Origin: Nostoc punctiforme PCC 73102 | GTDB lineage: Bacteria; Cyanobacteriota; Cyanobacteriia; Cyanobacteriales; Nostocaceae | Assembly: GCF_000020025.1 (NCBI RefSeq) | Contig: NC_010628.1 | Coordinates: 2,940,001 to 2,972,000, forward strand | Direction: 5' to 3' | DNA length: 32,000 nt | Shown here: positions 1 through 9,279 of the stretch, one piece after another | Layout of the letters: each line of letters starts with the position of its first letter | Numbering within the stretch: position 1 is the first letter of the stretch | The notes under the pieces: model-generated | Seen by the model: only the letters and a program-made list of their open reading frames with translations | What the model was told of the DNA's origin: nothing | Database searches by the model: none | Translations under genes and position numbers: made by a program

Positions 1-827
1 GAGAACTTTACGTTCAAATCCAAGAATCAATTCGGGGTTGTGATGTCTATTTAATTCAGCCATGCTGTCAACCCGTAAACGATCATTTGATGGAATTATT
101 GATTATGGTTGATGCCTGTCGTCGAGCTTCGGCGCGACAGGTGACGGCAGTAATTCCCTACTATGGCTATGCTCGTGCCGATCGCAAAACGGCAGGACGA
201 GAGTCTATAACTGCCAAGCTGGTTGCTAACTTGATCACCGAAGCAGGTGCCAACCGCGTTCTAGCAATGGATTTACACTCGGCGCAAATTCAAGGCTATT
301 TCGATATTCCCTTTGACCATGTTTATGGTTCTCCAGTATTGCTGGATTATCTAGCAAGCAAGGAATTGCCCGACCTTGTGGTTGTTTCCCCCGATGTTGG
401 CGGTGTAGCAAGAGCCAGAGCATTTGCCAAAAAATTAAATGATGCTCCCCTGGCGATTATTGACAAGCGTCGTCAAGCACATAATGTTGCAGAAGTGTTA
501 AATATCATCGGCGATGTTAAAGGCAAAACGGCAGTGTTGGTGGATGACATGATTGACACTGGCGGCACGATCGCAGAAGGAGCGCGATTACTGCGTGAAG
601 AAGGAGCGCGTCAGGTATATGCCTGTGCAACTCATGCGGTATTTTCCCCACCAGCGATGGAACGATTATCCAGTGGTTTGTTTGAGGAAGTTATTGTCAC
701 CAATACGATCCCCATACCAGAAAACAATCGTTTTCCTCAACTAGTGGTGTTGTCAGTAGCTAATCTCTTAGGAGAAACTATCTGGCGGATTCATGAAGAT
801 ACTTCAGTTAGTAGTATGTTCCGCTAA
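1..827 (+). CDS. prs: ribose-phosphate pyrophosphokinase (PRPP synthetase), 5' end cut by window edge
   Basis: The frame of ORF 87..827 stays open back to nt 3 (ELYVQIQESIRGCDVYLIQPCCQPVNDHLMELL...), so the TTG/ATG at 87 is internal. Hallmark blocks: DLHSAQIQGYFDIPFDH, VVVSPDVGGVARARAFAKKL, and the PRPP-binding loop VLVDDMIDTGGTI. Confidence 0.93.
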   Translation, partial: ELYVQIQESIRGCDVYLIQPCCQPVNDHLMELLIMVDACRRASARQVTAVIPYYGYARADRKTAGRESITAKLVANLITEAGANRVLAMDLHSAQIQGYFDIPFDHVYGSPVLLDYLASKELPDLVVVSPDVGGVARARAFAKKLNDAPLAIIDKRRQAHNVAEVLNIIGDVKGKTAVLVDDMIDTGGTIAEGARLLREEGARQVYACATHAVFSPPAMERLSSGLFEEVIVTNTIPIPENNRFPQLVVLSVANLLGETIWRIHEDTSVSSMFR

Positions 828-1134
828 CTGCATTCCCGTTACAGGGATAAATTACCCACATTAGCTCCTTGAACGGTTGCAGTGTGGGCTTTTGCTTTTA
901 GTGATTACGCCAACACTAACGTCCCTTGTCGGCGAAACCCCTAATCGCTGCACAAGACCTTTTTGATGTGCAAATGTAATGAGTATGGAAAAGCCCTGTT
1001 GGAAAAGGCTAATAAATAAAGATGACCAAAACAGACTTATGATACAGTCCCCTAAATTTATTTATAGGAACAAGAATTTTTAATTTTTAATTCCCCGTTC
1101 GCGCAGCGTCTTTGCAGGAGAAGGGGTTGACTCC

Positions 1135-4100
1135 TTACCGATACAGCCAAACTCGGAGCAGTGAAAGCAATTGCTCAGTATCTACAGGTTTGGTGATGTA
1201 GTCAGAAGCTCCAGCTTCGATGCACTTTTCGCGATCGCCTGGCATAGCTTTAGCAGTTAAAGCAATTATTGGTAGTGAGCGAAACTGTTGTTGCTGGCGG
1301 ATGGCGCGGGTGGTTTCGTAACCATCCATTTCCGGCATCATAATATCCATCAGTACTATATTAATGTCAGGATTAGTTTGCAGTCTTTCTATGCCATCTC
1401 TGCCATTTTCGGCAAACAGCACTTGCATTTGATAGCTTTCTAAGAAGCTGGTCAGGGCAAAAATATTCCGCAAGTCATCATCTACAATCAAAATTTTCCG
1501 ATTAGCTAGCACCGGGTCATTTTGATGTAGTTGCTCTAGCATTTGACGCTTTGGTTGCGGCAAATTTGCTTGCACTCGATGCAAAAACAGGGCAGTTTCG
1601 TCTAATAACCGCTCTGGCGATCGCACATTTTTAATGATAATTGTCTCTGCTAATCCCCGCAGTTGGGTTTCTTCTTGGCGGCTGAGTTCTTTGCCGGTAT
1701 AAACGATAATTGGCAGTTTCAACAGCCTGGGTTCTTGCTTGATTTGCTCAATTAGTGCAAACCCGCTCATATCGGGCAGACCAAGATCCAGTACCATACA
1801 GTCAAAGTGTTGCGATCGCAAAATCAACAGCGCTTCTGCTCCCGTACCCACTGCTGTACTCTGGACATCACCATTACCAATCAATTCGATAATACTTTGG
1901 GCTTGTACGGGATCGTCTTCTACGATGAGGAGATTTCTTACCTGACGCTCAATAAAACCTTTAATATCAGTCAATACCTGAGTTAGCGCTTCTGGAGAAA
2001 CAGGTTTTTGTAGGTAAGTAATTGCTCCTAGCTGTAATCCCCGTTGCTGTCTTTCATCTACGGAAAGTATATGTACTGGTATATGCCTAGTATCTGGCTT
2101 ATGCTTTAAACGATCCAGCACCGTCCAACCATCCATTTCTGGCATATAAATATCTAGCATAATTGCATCGGGCTTAAACTGTTGCGCGAGTGCTAGACCT
2201 TGTTTGCTCTGTAATGCAACTATAGCCTTAAAACCCTGCTCACGAGCCATATCTAGTAAGATGCGGGCGAATTTCTCATCATCCTCGATAATTAGCAAAA
2301 TGCGATCGCCAGGTTGAATTATTTCCCGGTCATCTGGAATTTCGTGGGGGAAGGTGGTAAGTACTTTCGCGGTTGGAGAGATGTCCACAGTTGTGGGTCT
2401 GTTTTCTGCCAAAGGCACTTCTTTGATAGTCGATGCTTGGCGGATTGTGATTGGCTGAGGCGGTGTAAAAGTACTTTGACTATTCTTTTCCTGTCGTCTG
2501 GGTAGGTAGAGAGTGAAGGTGCTTCCCTGCCCTGGTTTGCTGACTAATTCAATTCTCCCTCCCAACAGTTGAGCCAATTCTCGGCTGATGGACAAACCCA
2601 AGCCAGTGCCGCCATACTTGCGGCTGGTTGTGCCATCAGCCTGCTGAAATGCCTCGAAAATAACCTTCTGTTTCTCGGCTGGAATGCCTATACCCGTGTC
2701 GCTAACTGCAAAAGCAACCATCGGATTATCAATTTGGGCTGCGTCAGAAGACATAGTAATTTCTAATTTCACGCCTCCCCGTTCAGTAAACTTAAAGGCG
2801 TTAGCTAGGAGATTTTTCAGTACTTGTTGCAGACGTTTAGAATCGTTATAAATTGTCGGGGGTAACTTACTATCCAGTTCAATAGTAAAACTGAGTTCTT
2901 TATTGTGCGCTACTTGCCGGAAAGTTTGCTCTAGAGATGTCTCCAAATCTGCAAAAGCAATTTGCTCAATATCGAGCGACATCGTACCCGACTCAATTTT
3001 GGCTAAATCTAGAATGTCATTGATCAATTCCAGCAAATCAGTGCCAGCCGAGTAAATAGTCCGGCTGTACTCTACCTGTTTATCGGTCAAGTTGTTAAGA
3101 GAATTATCTGCTAACAGCCTGGCTAGAATTAACAAGCTATTTAGGGGTGTCCGTAATTCGTGGGACATATTCGCCAGAAATTCTGACTTATATTTGGAAG
3201 ACAAAGCCAGTTGTTCAGCTTTTTCTTCCAAAGACTTCCTCGCCCGCTCAACTTCTTGGTTCTTGCGAGCGACTTCTCGGTTTTGAACTTCTAAAAGTTC
3301 TGCCTTTTCTTCTAACTCCTCATTTAATTGCTGTAATTCTTCATTAGACTGCTTGACAAGAAATTGTGATTCTTCTAACTCGTGTGCCTGTTCTTCTAGA
3401 CGTTGATTGCTCTGTTGTAGTTCTTCTTGCTGAGTTTGCAGTTCTTCTGTTAAAGCAACAGACTCTTCAAGTAGTTGCTGGGTTTGCAATTGTGAAGCGA
3501 TGTTATTTAAAAATACTCCTAGATTTTCACTCAATTGCTCTAAAAATGTCAGATGCAGATGGCTGAAAGACCCAAAAGAGGCAAGTTCAATTACAGCACT
3601 CACCTGCGTTTCAAAGAGTATAGGCAAAACAATAATATTTAGCGGTGGTGCTTCTCCCAAGCCGGAACTGATGCGGATATAGTCACTAGGAACTTCTGTG
3701 AGGAGAATTCTTTGTTTTTCTAGAGCGCATTGTCCCACCAATCCTTCACCCAAGCGAAACTGATTTGCTAAGTTTTTTCGCTCTTTGTAAGCATAACTAC
3801 TCAACAACTTCAGTACTAGTTGATCGTCTATAGAGGCCATTGCATAGAAAACGCCCTGTGATGCCCCAACCAGTGGCGCTAAATTCGACAGTATCAAGTT
3901 AGACGCAGTTTCTAGATTTCGCTGCCCTTGGAGCATCTGGGTAAATTCAGCTAAGTTAGACTTTAACCAGTTTTGCTCTTCATTTTTTTGAGTTGTATTT
4001 CGCAGATTAACGATCATCTGGTTGAAGGTGCGCGTCAACACGCCAATTTCATCGTAGCGATCGCTATCTGGTAAACTCACCGATAGATCCCCATCCGCCA

Positions 4101-4770
4101 TTTTTTCTGCTAAATCAGAAACTTGCTTTAGAGGTGCTGAGATATGTCTGGTTAAGGCAAATCCGATTAAACCTAAGATTAAAGAAAATAAGGGAATACT
4201 ATAAATAATACTGGCGATCGTTTGCCGGCCAGCTGCTCTTGCTCTCTCAGAGCGCTGTTTCAGCAGTGCATTCTCCTCAGTTTTCATCGCCTGGATAACT
4301 TTCTGAATTTGATCCATCAGCTGCTTACCCTGATCTGTCAAGATAGCTTTCTGGGAAGCTTCTAAACCCTCGCTTTGCCGTAGCTCAATCACATCTTTCA
4401 TTACAGCCATTCTTTCAGTTAGTAGTGGCTGCAAAATATCAAGACGATTTTGTTGATTGGGGTTATCTGCTGTTAACTTTTGAAGTTCCTTGAATTTTTG
4501 ATTCAGTAATTGAATCGCAGCGTTATAAGGTTCTAAATAGCGCTGTTCGCCCGTAATAATGTAACCGCGTTGCCCAGTTTCAGCATTTGTCAGTTGCAGA
4601 TTCAGGTCTTCAAGCTGACTTAGTACCTGGTAGGTATGGGTTTCTTTGCGCGAAGTTTCAATTAGATCGTTGGTGCTTTGGTAGGAGATCAGACCAATGG
4701 TGGTCAGAGTTGCCAAACTCAGGGCAAAACTTACTCCAATTTTGGTTCCAATCTTCAAACGGTTAAACAT
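1135..4770 (-). CDS. hybrid sensor histidine kinase: CHASE3-like sensor, HAMP, GAF, coiled coil, HisKA/HATPase and three receiver domains
   Basis: ORF 1135..4782. I prefer the ATG at 4770 (MFNRLKIG...) over the TTG at 4782. Features in order: TM segment, CHASE3-like block (ETGQRGYIITGEQRYLEPYN), second TM, HAMP (FNQMIVNL region), GAF-like region, long E/Q/L coiled coil, H-box FLANMSHELRTPLNS, ATPase boxes LLANAFKFT / DTGIGI / GTGLGLSI. Three CheY-like receivers follow (ILLIIEDDE..MLDIYMPEMDG; LLIVEDDP..VLDLGLPDMSG; ILIVDDD..LMDIMMPEMDG..TAKA). Confidence 0.9.
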   Translation of the reverse strand: MFNRLKIGTKIGVSFALSLATLTTIGLISYQSTNDLIETSRKETHTYQVLSQLEDLNLQLTNAETGQRGYIITGEQRYLEPYNAAIQLLNQKFKELQKLTADNPNQQNRLDILQPLLTERMAVMKDVIELRQSEGLEASQKAILTDQGKQLMDQIQKVIQAMKTEENALLKQRSERARAAGRQTIASIIYSIPLFSLILGLIGFALTRHISAPLKQVSDLAEKMADGDLSVSLPDSDRYDEIGVLTRTFNQMIVNLRNTTQKNEEQNWLKSNLAEFTQMLQGQRNLETASNLILSNLAPLVGASQGVFYAMASIDDQLVLKLLSSYAYKERKNLANQFRLGEGLVGQCALEKQRILLTEVPSDYIRISSGLGEAPPLNIIVLPILFETQVSAVIELASFGSFSHLHLTFLEQLSENLGVFLNNIASQLQTQQLLEESVALTEELQTQQEELQQSNQRLEEQAHELEESQFLVKQSNEELQQLNEELEEKAELLEVQNREVARKNQEVERARKSLEEKAEQLALSSKYKSEFLANMSHELRTPLNSLLILARLLADNSLNNLTDKQVEYSRTIYSAGTDLLELINDILDLAKIESGTMSLDIEQIAFADLETSLEQTFRQVAHNKELSFTIELDSKLPPTIYNDSKRLQQVLKNLLANAFKFTERGGVKLEITMSSDAAQIDNPMVAFAVSDTGIGIPAEKQKVIFEAFQQADGTTSRKYGGTGLGLSISRELAQLLGGRIELVSKPGQGSTFTLYLPRRQEKNSQSTFTPPQPITIRQASTIKEVPLAENRPTTVDISPTAKVLTTFPHEIPDDREIIQPGDRILLIIEDDEKFARILLDMAREQGFKAIVALQSKQGLALAQQFKPDAIMLDIYMPEMDGWTVLDRLKHKPDTRHIPVHILSVDERQQRGLQLGAITYLQKPVSPEALTQVLTDIKGFIERQVRNLLIVEDDPVQAQSIIELIGNGDVQSTAVGTGAEALLILRSQHFDCMVLDLGLPDMSGFALIEQIKQEPRLLKLPIIVYTGKELSRQEETQLRGLAETIIIKNVRSPERLLDETALFLHRVQANLPQPKRQMLEQLHQNDPVLANRKILIVDDDLRNIFALTSFLESYQMQVLFAENGRDGIERLQTNPDINIVLMDIMMPEMDGYETTRAIRQQQQFRSLPIIALTAKAMPGDREKCIEAGASDYITKPVDTEQLLSLLRVWLYR

Positions 4771-5227
4771 TATTCCAGGCAAATATTTAAACTATTTCTG
4801 TTTTTAACACTATTTCGATTATGTTCTAACTATCCAAACTAAATCTAAGTAAGTGGGCGTAAATAATTGTTGTTGGCAATAGGCAATAGGTATAAGGGTT
4901 TTAGCCTAGTTTATTTTTCTTTACATAGTTTGATTTTATTGTGCCAACCTACTTATGATATTTTGTTTATCTGGGATATGCCTAGTTTTTAGCACGCCCA
5001 AATTATTATCACTTGAATTCTATATATATTTACAAATTTAACGTTATAAACAAATTTTTTAAATTAATAATTTTTTCTAATATTTTTATATTTTAACAAG
5101 TCTGAAACTTTGAAATAGCATAACCTCTTTCAAAAGAAGCGATCGTTTGTTTGACAATTTAATCTTGCGGTGGATATTTAAACAGTTGTTCTTAGATTAT
5201 AAATTTAACATCAGGCTTTACAAAAAT

Positions 5228-5456
5228 ATGGTGGTTTTTATGATTGCAGTAATTGACATAACAAGATCAAAATTCTGCAAAGGCCAAAAGGTAGAATTTA
5301 TTGGTGGATTGGGAATCATAAGAGAATGTCATCTTAACTCTGGAAGCTGGTCGTATCTTGCTTGTAGAAATGGAAATGGGCTCAGAACCGAAAATGGGTA
5401 GGATTGGTTATGAGACGACTATTTTACTATTTGAAACAGATATTATTTTACTCTAA
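5228..5456 (+). pseudogene. small (~74 aa if repaired) conserved-looking ORF, frameshifted by a 4-bp tandem duplication
   Basis: Frame A (ATG 5228 or 5240) reads ...KFCKGQKVEFIGGLGIIRECHLNSGSWSYLA, then runs into nonsense and a stop at 5399..5401. Frame B from 5364 reads VEMEMGSEPKMGRIGYETTILLFETDIILL*, with its stop at 5454..5456. The junction is cttg-cttg (5357..5360 and 5361..5364). Deleting one copy joins the two frames as ...SWSYLVEMEMGSEP... Confidence 0.45.
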
Positions 5457-5850
5457 GGCTAACTTCTTGTTGTTGCTTAGATTTAATTTGACATCATCTT
5501 TTTATCCAATAATCCTTGGAGGAGAATAAGTAATTTTACAAGAATTTAATATTCCGTAGTGAAAGTTAAACCACTGCAAAATAGATAAAAATCTTGACTA
5601 ATGCAATTAACCAGATGGGATAGAGTAAATTCAGTGCATTTCTTCTAAACGTTAAATATAGTACTTTTTGTGGATGAATAAAATACCATCACATTGTACA
5701 CTACTATAAAGAACAACCTTAACTTTTAATTATTGTAAGCAATATTATGCTAGATATTAGGGTTTTAAAAAGCAATCTATACTTACGCGAAACATTTCAT
5801 CTATAGAAAAAAATATACTTTCCCTATAAATTTCAGGTTATTGAATTTAA

Positions 5851-6762
5851 CTAGAAGTTGGTAATACTCTGGCGATCGCTTCCAGCCAGATCGAGTTCAG
5901 ATTGGCTATGTATACTAAAATCTTGGATATTGTTACTCTCTAAAATCACTCTTGCACCTGCTATGTAGATATCAGTGCCTTTTATTACTACTAGATAATG
6001 CCCCCCTGCGACCTGATGCTGATAATATCTGGCTAAATCCTTAGAAATTCCTAAAGTGGGGTAGATATCTTGGGAACTGCTGATATTCACGCCAACAATA
6101 TCACTTGTATTGCTGGTAATTTTAGCAATTATTGATACTTGACTCATAGGAAAACCAGCAGTTCTCAGTTCATTAACTGCTCTTTCTACATTATGGTGCG
6201 TATAAAAAACACCAATAGCGTGCTTATACCGACTATTAGGGGTGGAGTATGGCTCATAAACACTCCAATGCTGAAGATTGCGGCGATTAAAAATCCTCTT
6301 AGCTAGACGAATTTCTATGTCTATGGCGGTTATCATCACCAAATGATAACCTTTACAGACCAGATCGCTGTAACCCTCTGCTTGCTCTTTAGGAATTCCT
6401 AAACTTACCAATACATCCGGTAAACAACCTGGTAAATTGCTAGCGATCGCTCTCGCTTGTGCGCCGGCTACCATGACTTGGCCTACACCAGGAAGTACCC
6501 AGAAGACTAGACCAGTTAATAAGTCATTTAAATCGCCTAAATCACTATCAGTAATGGCTATATCGGTGTCTTCTGAGGATGTATTGCTAGTGCGCTCTTT
6601 AACTTCAACACCAGCAATATCACTTTGTTCTTCTGCATTTCTTGCAATTACAGAAACTTTATGCATTGGGAAATTAGAAGCTTTTAGTTCCTGAAGTGCC
6701 AATTGTGCGTCGGAACATTTAGCGAAAACTACTATAGTTCTTCGCTCTTTTTCTGATGTCAT
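5851..6762 (-). CDS. general-stress (YflT/GSP17M-like) domain protein with an internal tandem duplication
   Basis: Two homologous modules: VVFAKCSDAQLALQELKASNFPMHKVSVIARN...LGIPKEQAEGYSDLVCKGYHLVMI and GVFYTHHNVERAVNELRTAGFPMSQVSIIAKI...LGISKDLARYYQHQVAGGHYLVVI. The first module carries an extra hydrophobic G/A-rich segment (LLTGLVFWVLPGVGQVMVAGAQA). The family name is from memory. Confidence 0.65.
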   Translation of the reverse strand: MTSEKERRTIVVFAKCSDAQLALQELKASNFPMHKVSVIARNAEEQSDIAGVEVKERTSNTSSEDTDIAITDSDLGDLNDLLTGLVFWVLPGVGQVMVAGAQARAIASNLPGCLPDVLVSLGIPKEQAEGYSDLVCKGYHLVMITAIDIEIRLAKRIFNRRNLQHWSVYEPYSTPNSRYKHAIGVFYTHHNVERAVNELRTAGFPMSQVSIIAKITSNTSDIVGVNISSSQDIYPTLGISKDLARYYQHQVAGGHYLVVIKGTDIYIAGARVILESNNIQDFSIHSQSELDLAGSDRQSITNF

Positions 6763-6820
6763 TTTATCGGTTTATTGCAGTTAGAAGTGATTCCCAAGAC
6801 TATTAGTTAATTGAAGGTAA

Positions 6821-7099
6821 TTATACAGCTCGGCGAGTCAGTAAACCCCATAGGAAAATCAGTAGCATAGCACCCAGAACAGCAAATAAAATGCTTCCCA
6901 AAGATAAAGCTCCTACAGATGCTGCGGCAGCTGAACCACTCCCTAGTAAAACTTGACCCAAATAACCACCGACTACGGCTCCAAGTATTCCTAATATAAT
7001 CGTGGAGAGAATACCACCACCTTGGGTTCCTGGATAAAATAACTTAGCTAACGCGCCTGCAATTAAACCCAAAACCAGCCAAGCAATAATGTTAGTCAT
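6821..7099 (-). CDS. GlsB/YeaQ/YmgE-family small stress membrane protein (transglycosylase-associated type)
   Basis: 92 aa, three Gly-rich TM helices. The N-terminus IIAWLVLGLIAGALAKLFYPG..GGILSTIILGILGAVVGGYLG is typical of this family. It lies 58 nt upstream of, and co-directional with, the YflT-like gene. Confidence 0.85.
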   Translation of the reverse strand: MTNIIAWLVLGLIAGALAKLFYPGTQGGGILSTIILGILGAVVGGYLGQVLLGSGSAAAASVGALSLGSILFAVLGAMLLIFLWGLLTRRAV

Positions 7100-7340
7100 T
7101 GAATTTTTCCTTTGTGAAAATGTGCTTTGTCGTTTCCTTTCGACTATTTCATATTAAAGTTTGCCTCTAAAATTACCGATCTATCTAGAGAACTAAAATC
7201 AAAAATCTTTAGATATCATTTGAATATTCACTGATTCCCAGGTAGGTACAATACCTTGCAGAAAGCCTTTCTGTATCTAGATAAATTGCTCCTAAAGGGT
7301 ATAGTTTTGCGTAAGCCCTAGTAATATTTTTATTAGTGGT

Positions 7341-8201
7341 TCAAGACTCAGGAGTAACGACTAAAGAAAGAGCTAGTTGATAAAGTTGGCGACGGGGAAG
7401 GGAGGTAAATTTTGCTAGCTGACGGCTAGCTTGCGATCGCGATATTCCCTGACTAATTAAAAGTTTCAATTCGGCTTTCAATTCCTCTTCTGTCAGTTGG
7501 GGCTGACTGGCTGGAATTCCTGCCACTACTAATGTATATTCACCTTGGGGTTCTCGTTGGCTGTAGTGAGCGATCGCTTCGGCAATTGTCCCCCGCCAAA
7601 ATTCCTCATACAATTTTGTTAACTCCCGCCCTAGCACAATTTGGCGATCGCTTCCCCAAACTTGTGCTAAGTCTTGTAAAGTATCTCGCAAGCGGTGAGG
7701 CGATTCGTAGAAAATCAATGTGCGAGATTCTGTTTGCAGAGATTCTAAATGTTCTTGTCTCTGTTGAGTTTTCGCCGGCAGAAAGCCTTCAAAGACAAAG
7801 CGATCTGTTGGTAATCCAGATGCACTCAAAGCGGTAATTGCTGCACTAGCGCCAGGAATGGGAACTACTGAAATCCCCGCCTCAATGCAGGCTTTTACCA
7901 GTTCATATCCAGGATCGGAAATTCCTGGCATTCCCGCATCACTCACAAGTGCGATCGCTTTATTGTTAATTAAATGCTCTAATAGTTCTGGGATGCGGCT
8001 AGTACGATTGTGTTCGTGATAACTCACTTGGGGTGTCTTAACTTGAAAATGCTGTAGAAGTTTCCCAGTATGACGCGTGTCTTCCGCAGCAATGATATCC
8101 ACAGTCTGCAAAATTCGCACCGCCCGAAAGGTTATATCTTCCAGGTTGCCAATGGGTGTACCGACAACGTAAAGTGTTCCTGGTTTTGGATCGGTTTGCA
8201 T
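7341..8201 (-). CDS. rsmI: 16S rRNA (cytidine1402-2'-O)-methyltransferase
   Basis: GTLYVVGTPIGNLEDITFRAVRILQTVDIIAAEDTRHTGKLL followed by SDAGMPGISDPGYELV, a tetrapyrrole-methylase-fold RsmI signature. Length is 286 aa. Confidence 0.9.
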   Translation of the reverse strand: MQTDPKPGTLYVVGTPIGNLEDITFRAVRILQTVDIIAAEDTRHTGKLLQHFQVKTPQVSYHEHNRTSRIPELLEHLINNKAIALVSDAGMPGISDPGYELVKACIEAGISVVPIPGASAAITALSASGLPTDRFVFEGFLPAKTQQRQEHLESLQTESRTLIFYESPHRLRDTLQDLAQVWGSDRQIVLGRELTKLYEEFWRGTIAEAIAHYSQREPQGEYTLVVAGIPASQPQLTEEELKAELKLLISQGISRSQASRQLAKFTSLPRRQLYQLALSLVVTPES

Positions 8202-8220
8202 GAGAGAAAGTTAGGAGTTT

Positions 8221-8287
8221 GTAGAGACGCGATTCATCGCGTCTGTGCAGGAGAGACAGGAGAGACGCGATGAATCGCGTCTGTACA
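8221..8287. repeat. pair of inverted copies of a TAGAGACG-type hairpin repeat in the rsmI/pfkB divergent spacer
   Basis: agacgcga-ttca-tcgcgtct (8224..8243) and its exact reverse complement agacgcga-tgaa-tcgcgtct (8263..8282). Each is an 8-bp stem with a 4-nt loop. Related hairpins occur at 18481..18507 and 22063..22090. Confidence 0.75.
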
Positions 8288-8331
8288 AGAAAGAGTTAAA
8301 AATAATAATTTATGCAGCTATACGAACATAT

Positions 8332-9252
8332 ATGACAAATGGATCGTCCAAAATCGTTCGACTGAGCGTAGTCGAAGTCCAAAATCCAAAATCGGATCGT
8401 GGGTTATTTGTTGGTTTAGTAACTTTAGATTTGATTTACCTTGCTGAATCTGCTCCTAAAAATAATCAGAAGATTGTCGCTACTGACTATACTGTAGCGG
8501 CAGGTGGCCCAGCAACAAACGCGGCTGTGACTTTCAGTCATTTAGGTAATCAGGCTACAGTCTTAGGTGTAGTGGGTTCTCACCCAATGACACAGCTAAT
8601 TCGAGGTGATTTGGCAAATTACAAAGTTGCGATCGCAGACCTTGAGCCTACCACTGATTTAGCACCGCCTGTCTCCTCAATCATTGTCACCCAAGCCACA
8701 GGTGAAAGAGCCGTGGTTTCCATCAATGCTGTCAAAACTCAAGCCAGTAGCGCATCTATCCCACCAGATATTTTGCAAAATGTCAACATAGTACTGATTG
8801 ATGGGCATCAGATGGCTGTAAGTTATTTCATAGCCCAAGCAGCTAAAGCCAAAAATATTCCAGTAGTAATCGATGGTGGCAGTTGGAAGCCTGGATTTGA
8901 GCAAATTTTGCCGTTTGTAGATTATGCTATCTGTTCAGCTAATTTTTATCCGCCCAACTGTCAGACTGGAGAAGACGTTTTTGCCTATCTGGCCGGCTTT
9001 AACATTTCTTACATCGCCATTACCCACGGACAAAAACCAATTGAATACTTGAGTCGCACTGCATCTGGTATCGTAGATGTGCCGCAAATACACGCGGTTG
9101 ATACATTAGGGGCTGGAGATATTTTCCACGGTGCTTTTTGTGATTACATTTTAAGGGAAAGTTTTACTGATGCGCTGGCACTGGCAGCTAAGATTGCTGC
9201 TGATTCTTGTAAATTTTTTGGCACTCGGCGCTGGATGGATTTAAAGTGCTGA
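8332..9252 (+). CDS. pfkB-family carbohydrate/nucleoside kinase (ribokinase-like)
   Basis: GLVTLDLIY...AAGGPATNAAV N-terminal sugar-binding region and the C-terminal pfkB signature DTLGAGDIFHGAF. Start moved to the ATG at 8332, because the first 29 codons of ORF 8245.. are encoded by the hairpin repeat (RRDESRLY). Confidence 0.8.
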   Translation: MTNGSSKIVRLSVVEVQNPKSDRGLFVGLVTLDLIYLAESAPKNNQKIVATDYTVAAGGPATNAAVTFSHLGNQATVLGVVGSHPMTQLIRGDLANYKVAIADLEPTTDLAPPVSSIIVTQATGERAVVSINAVKTQASSASIPPDILQNVNIVLIDGHQMAVSYFIAQAAKAKNIPVVIDGGSWKPGFEQILPFVDYAICSANFYPPNCQTGEDVFAYLAGFNISYIAITHGQKPIEYLSRTASGIVDVPQIHAVDTLGAGDIFHGAFCDYILRESFTDALALAAKIAADSCKFFGTRRWMDLKC

Positions 9253-9279
9253 GTAATCAGGTTAATAAAGGCAAATTTA

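Noticed and set aside
1096-1108. Exact 13-mer cgttcgcgcagcg shared between the spacer after the kinase gene and the PDO-fusion coding region (23621..23633), considered as a dispersed repeat inserted into a CDS
   Set aside because: A birthday-type estimate (about 5e8 position pairs over 4^13) predicts several exact 13-mer coincidences in 32 kb. The flanking similarity is weak (about 7 of 11 matches). The match is not significant without a genome-wide copy count.
1739-3682. Seven 60-68-aa plus-strand ORFs inside the histidine kinase gene
   Set aside because: They are antisense to a well-supported 1211-aa gene with clear domain motifs, and they have no motifs of their own.
5147-5227. Upstream TTG-initiated part of ORF 5147..5401
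   Set aside because: The extremely AT-rich sequence reads as low-complexity peptide (MFDNLILRWIFKQLFLDYKFNIRLYKN). The conserved-looking part begins near the ATGs at 5228 and 5240.
8245-8331. N-terminal extension of the pfkB kinase ORF (MQERQERRDESRLYKK...)
   Set aside because: These codons are encoded by the TAGAGACG hairpin repeat. The in-frame ATG at 8332 gives a conventional pfkB N-terminus.
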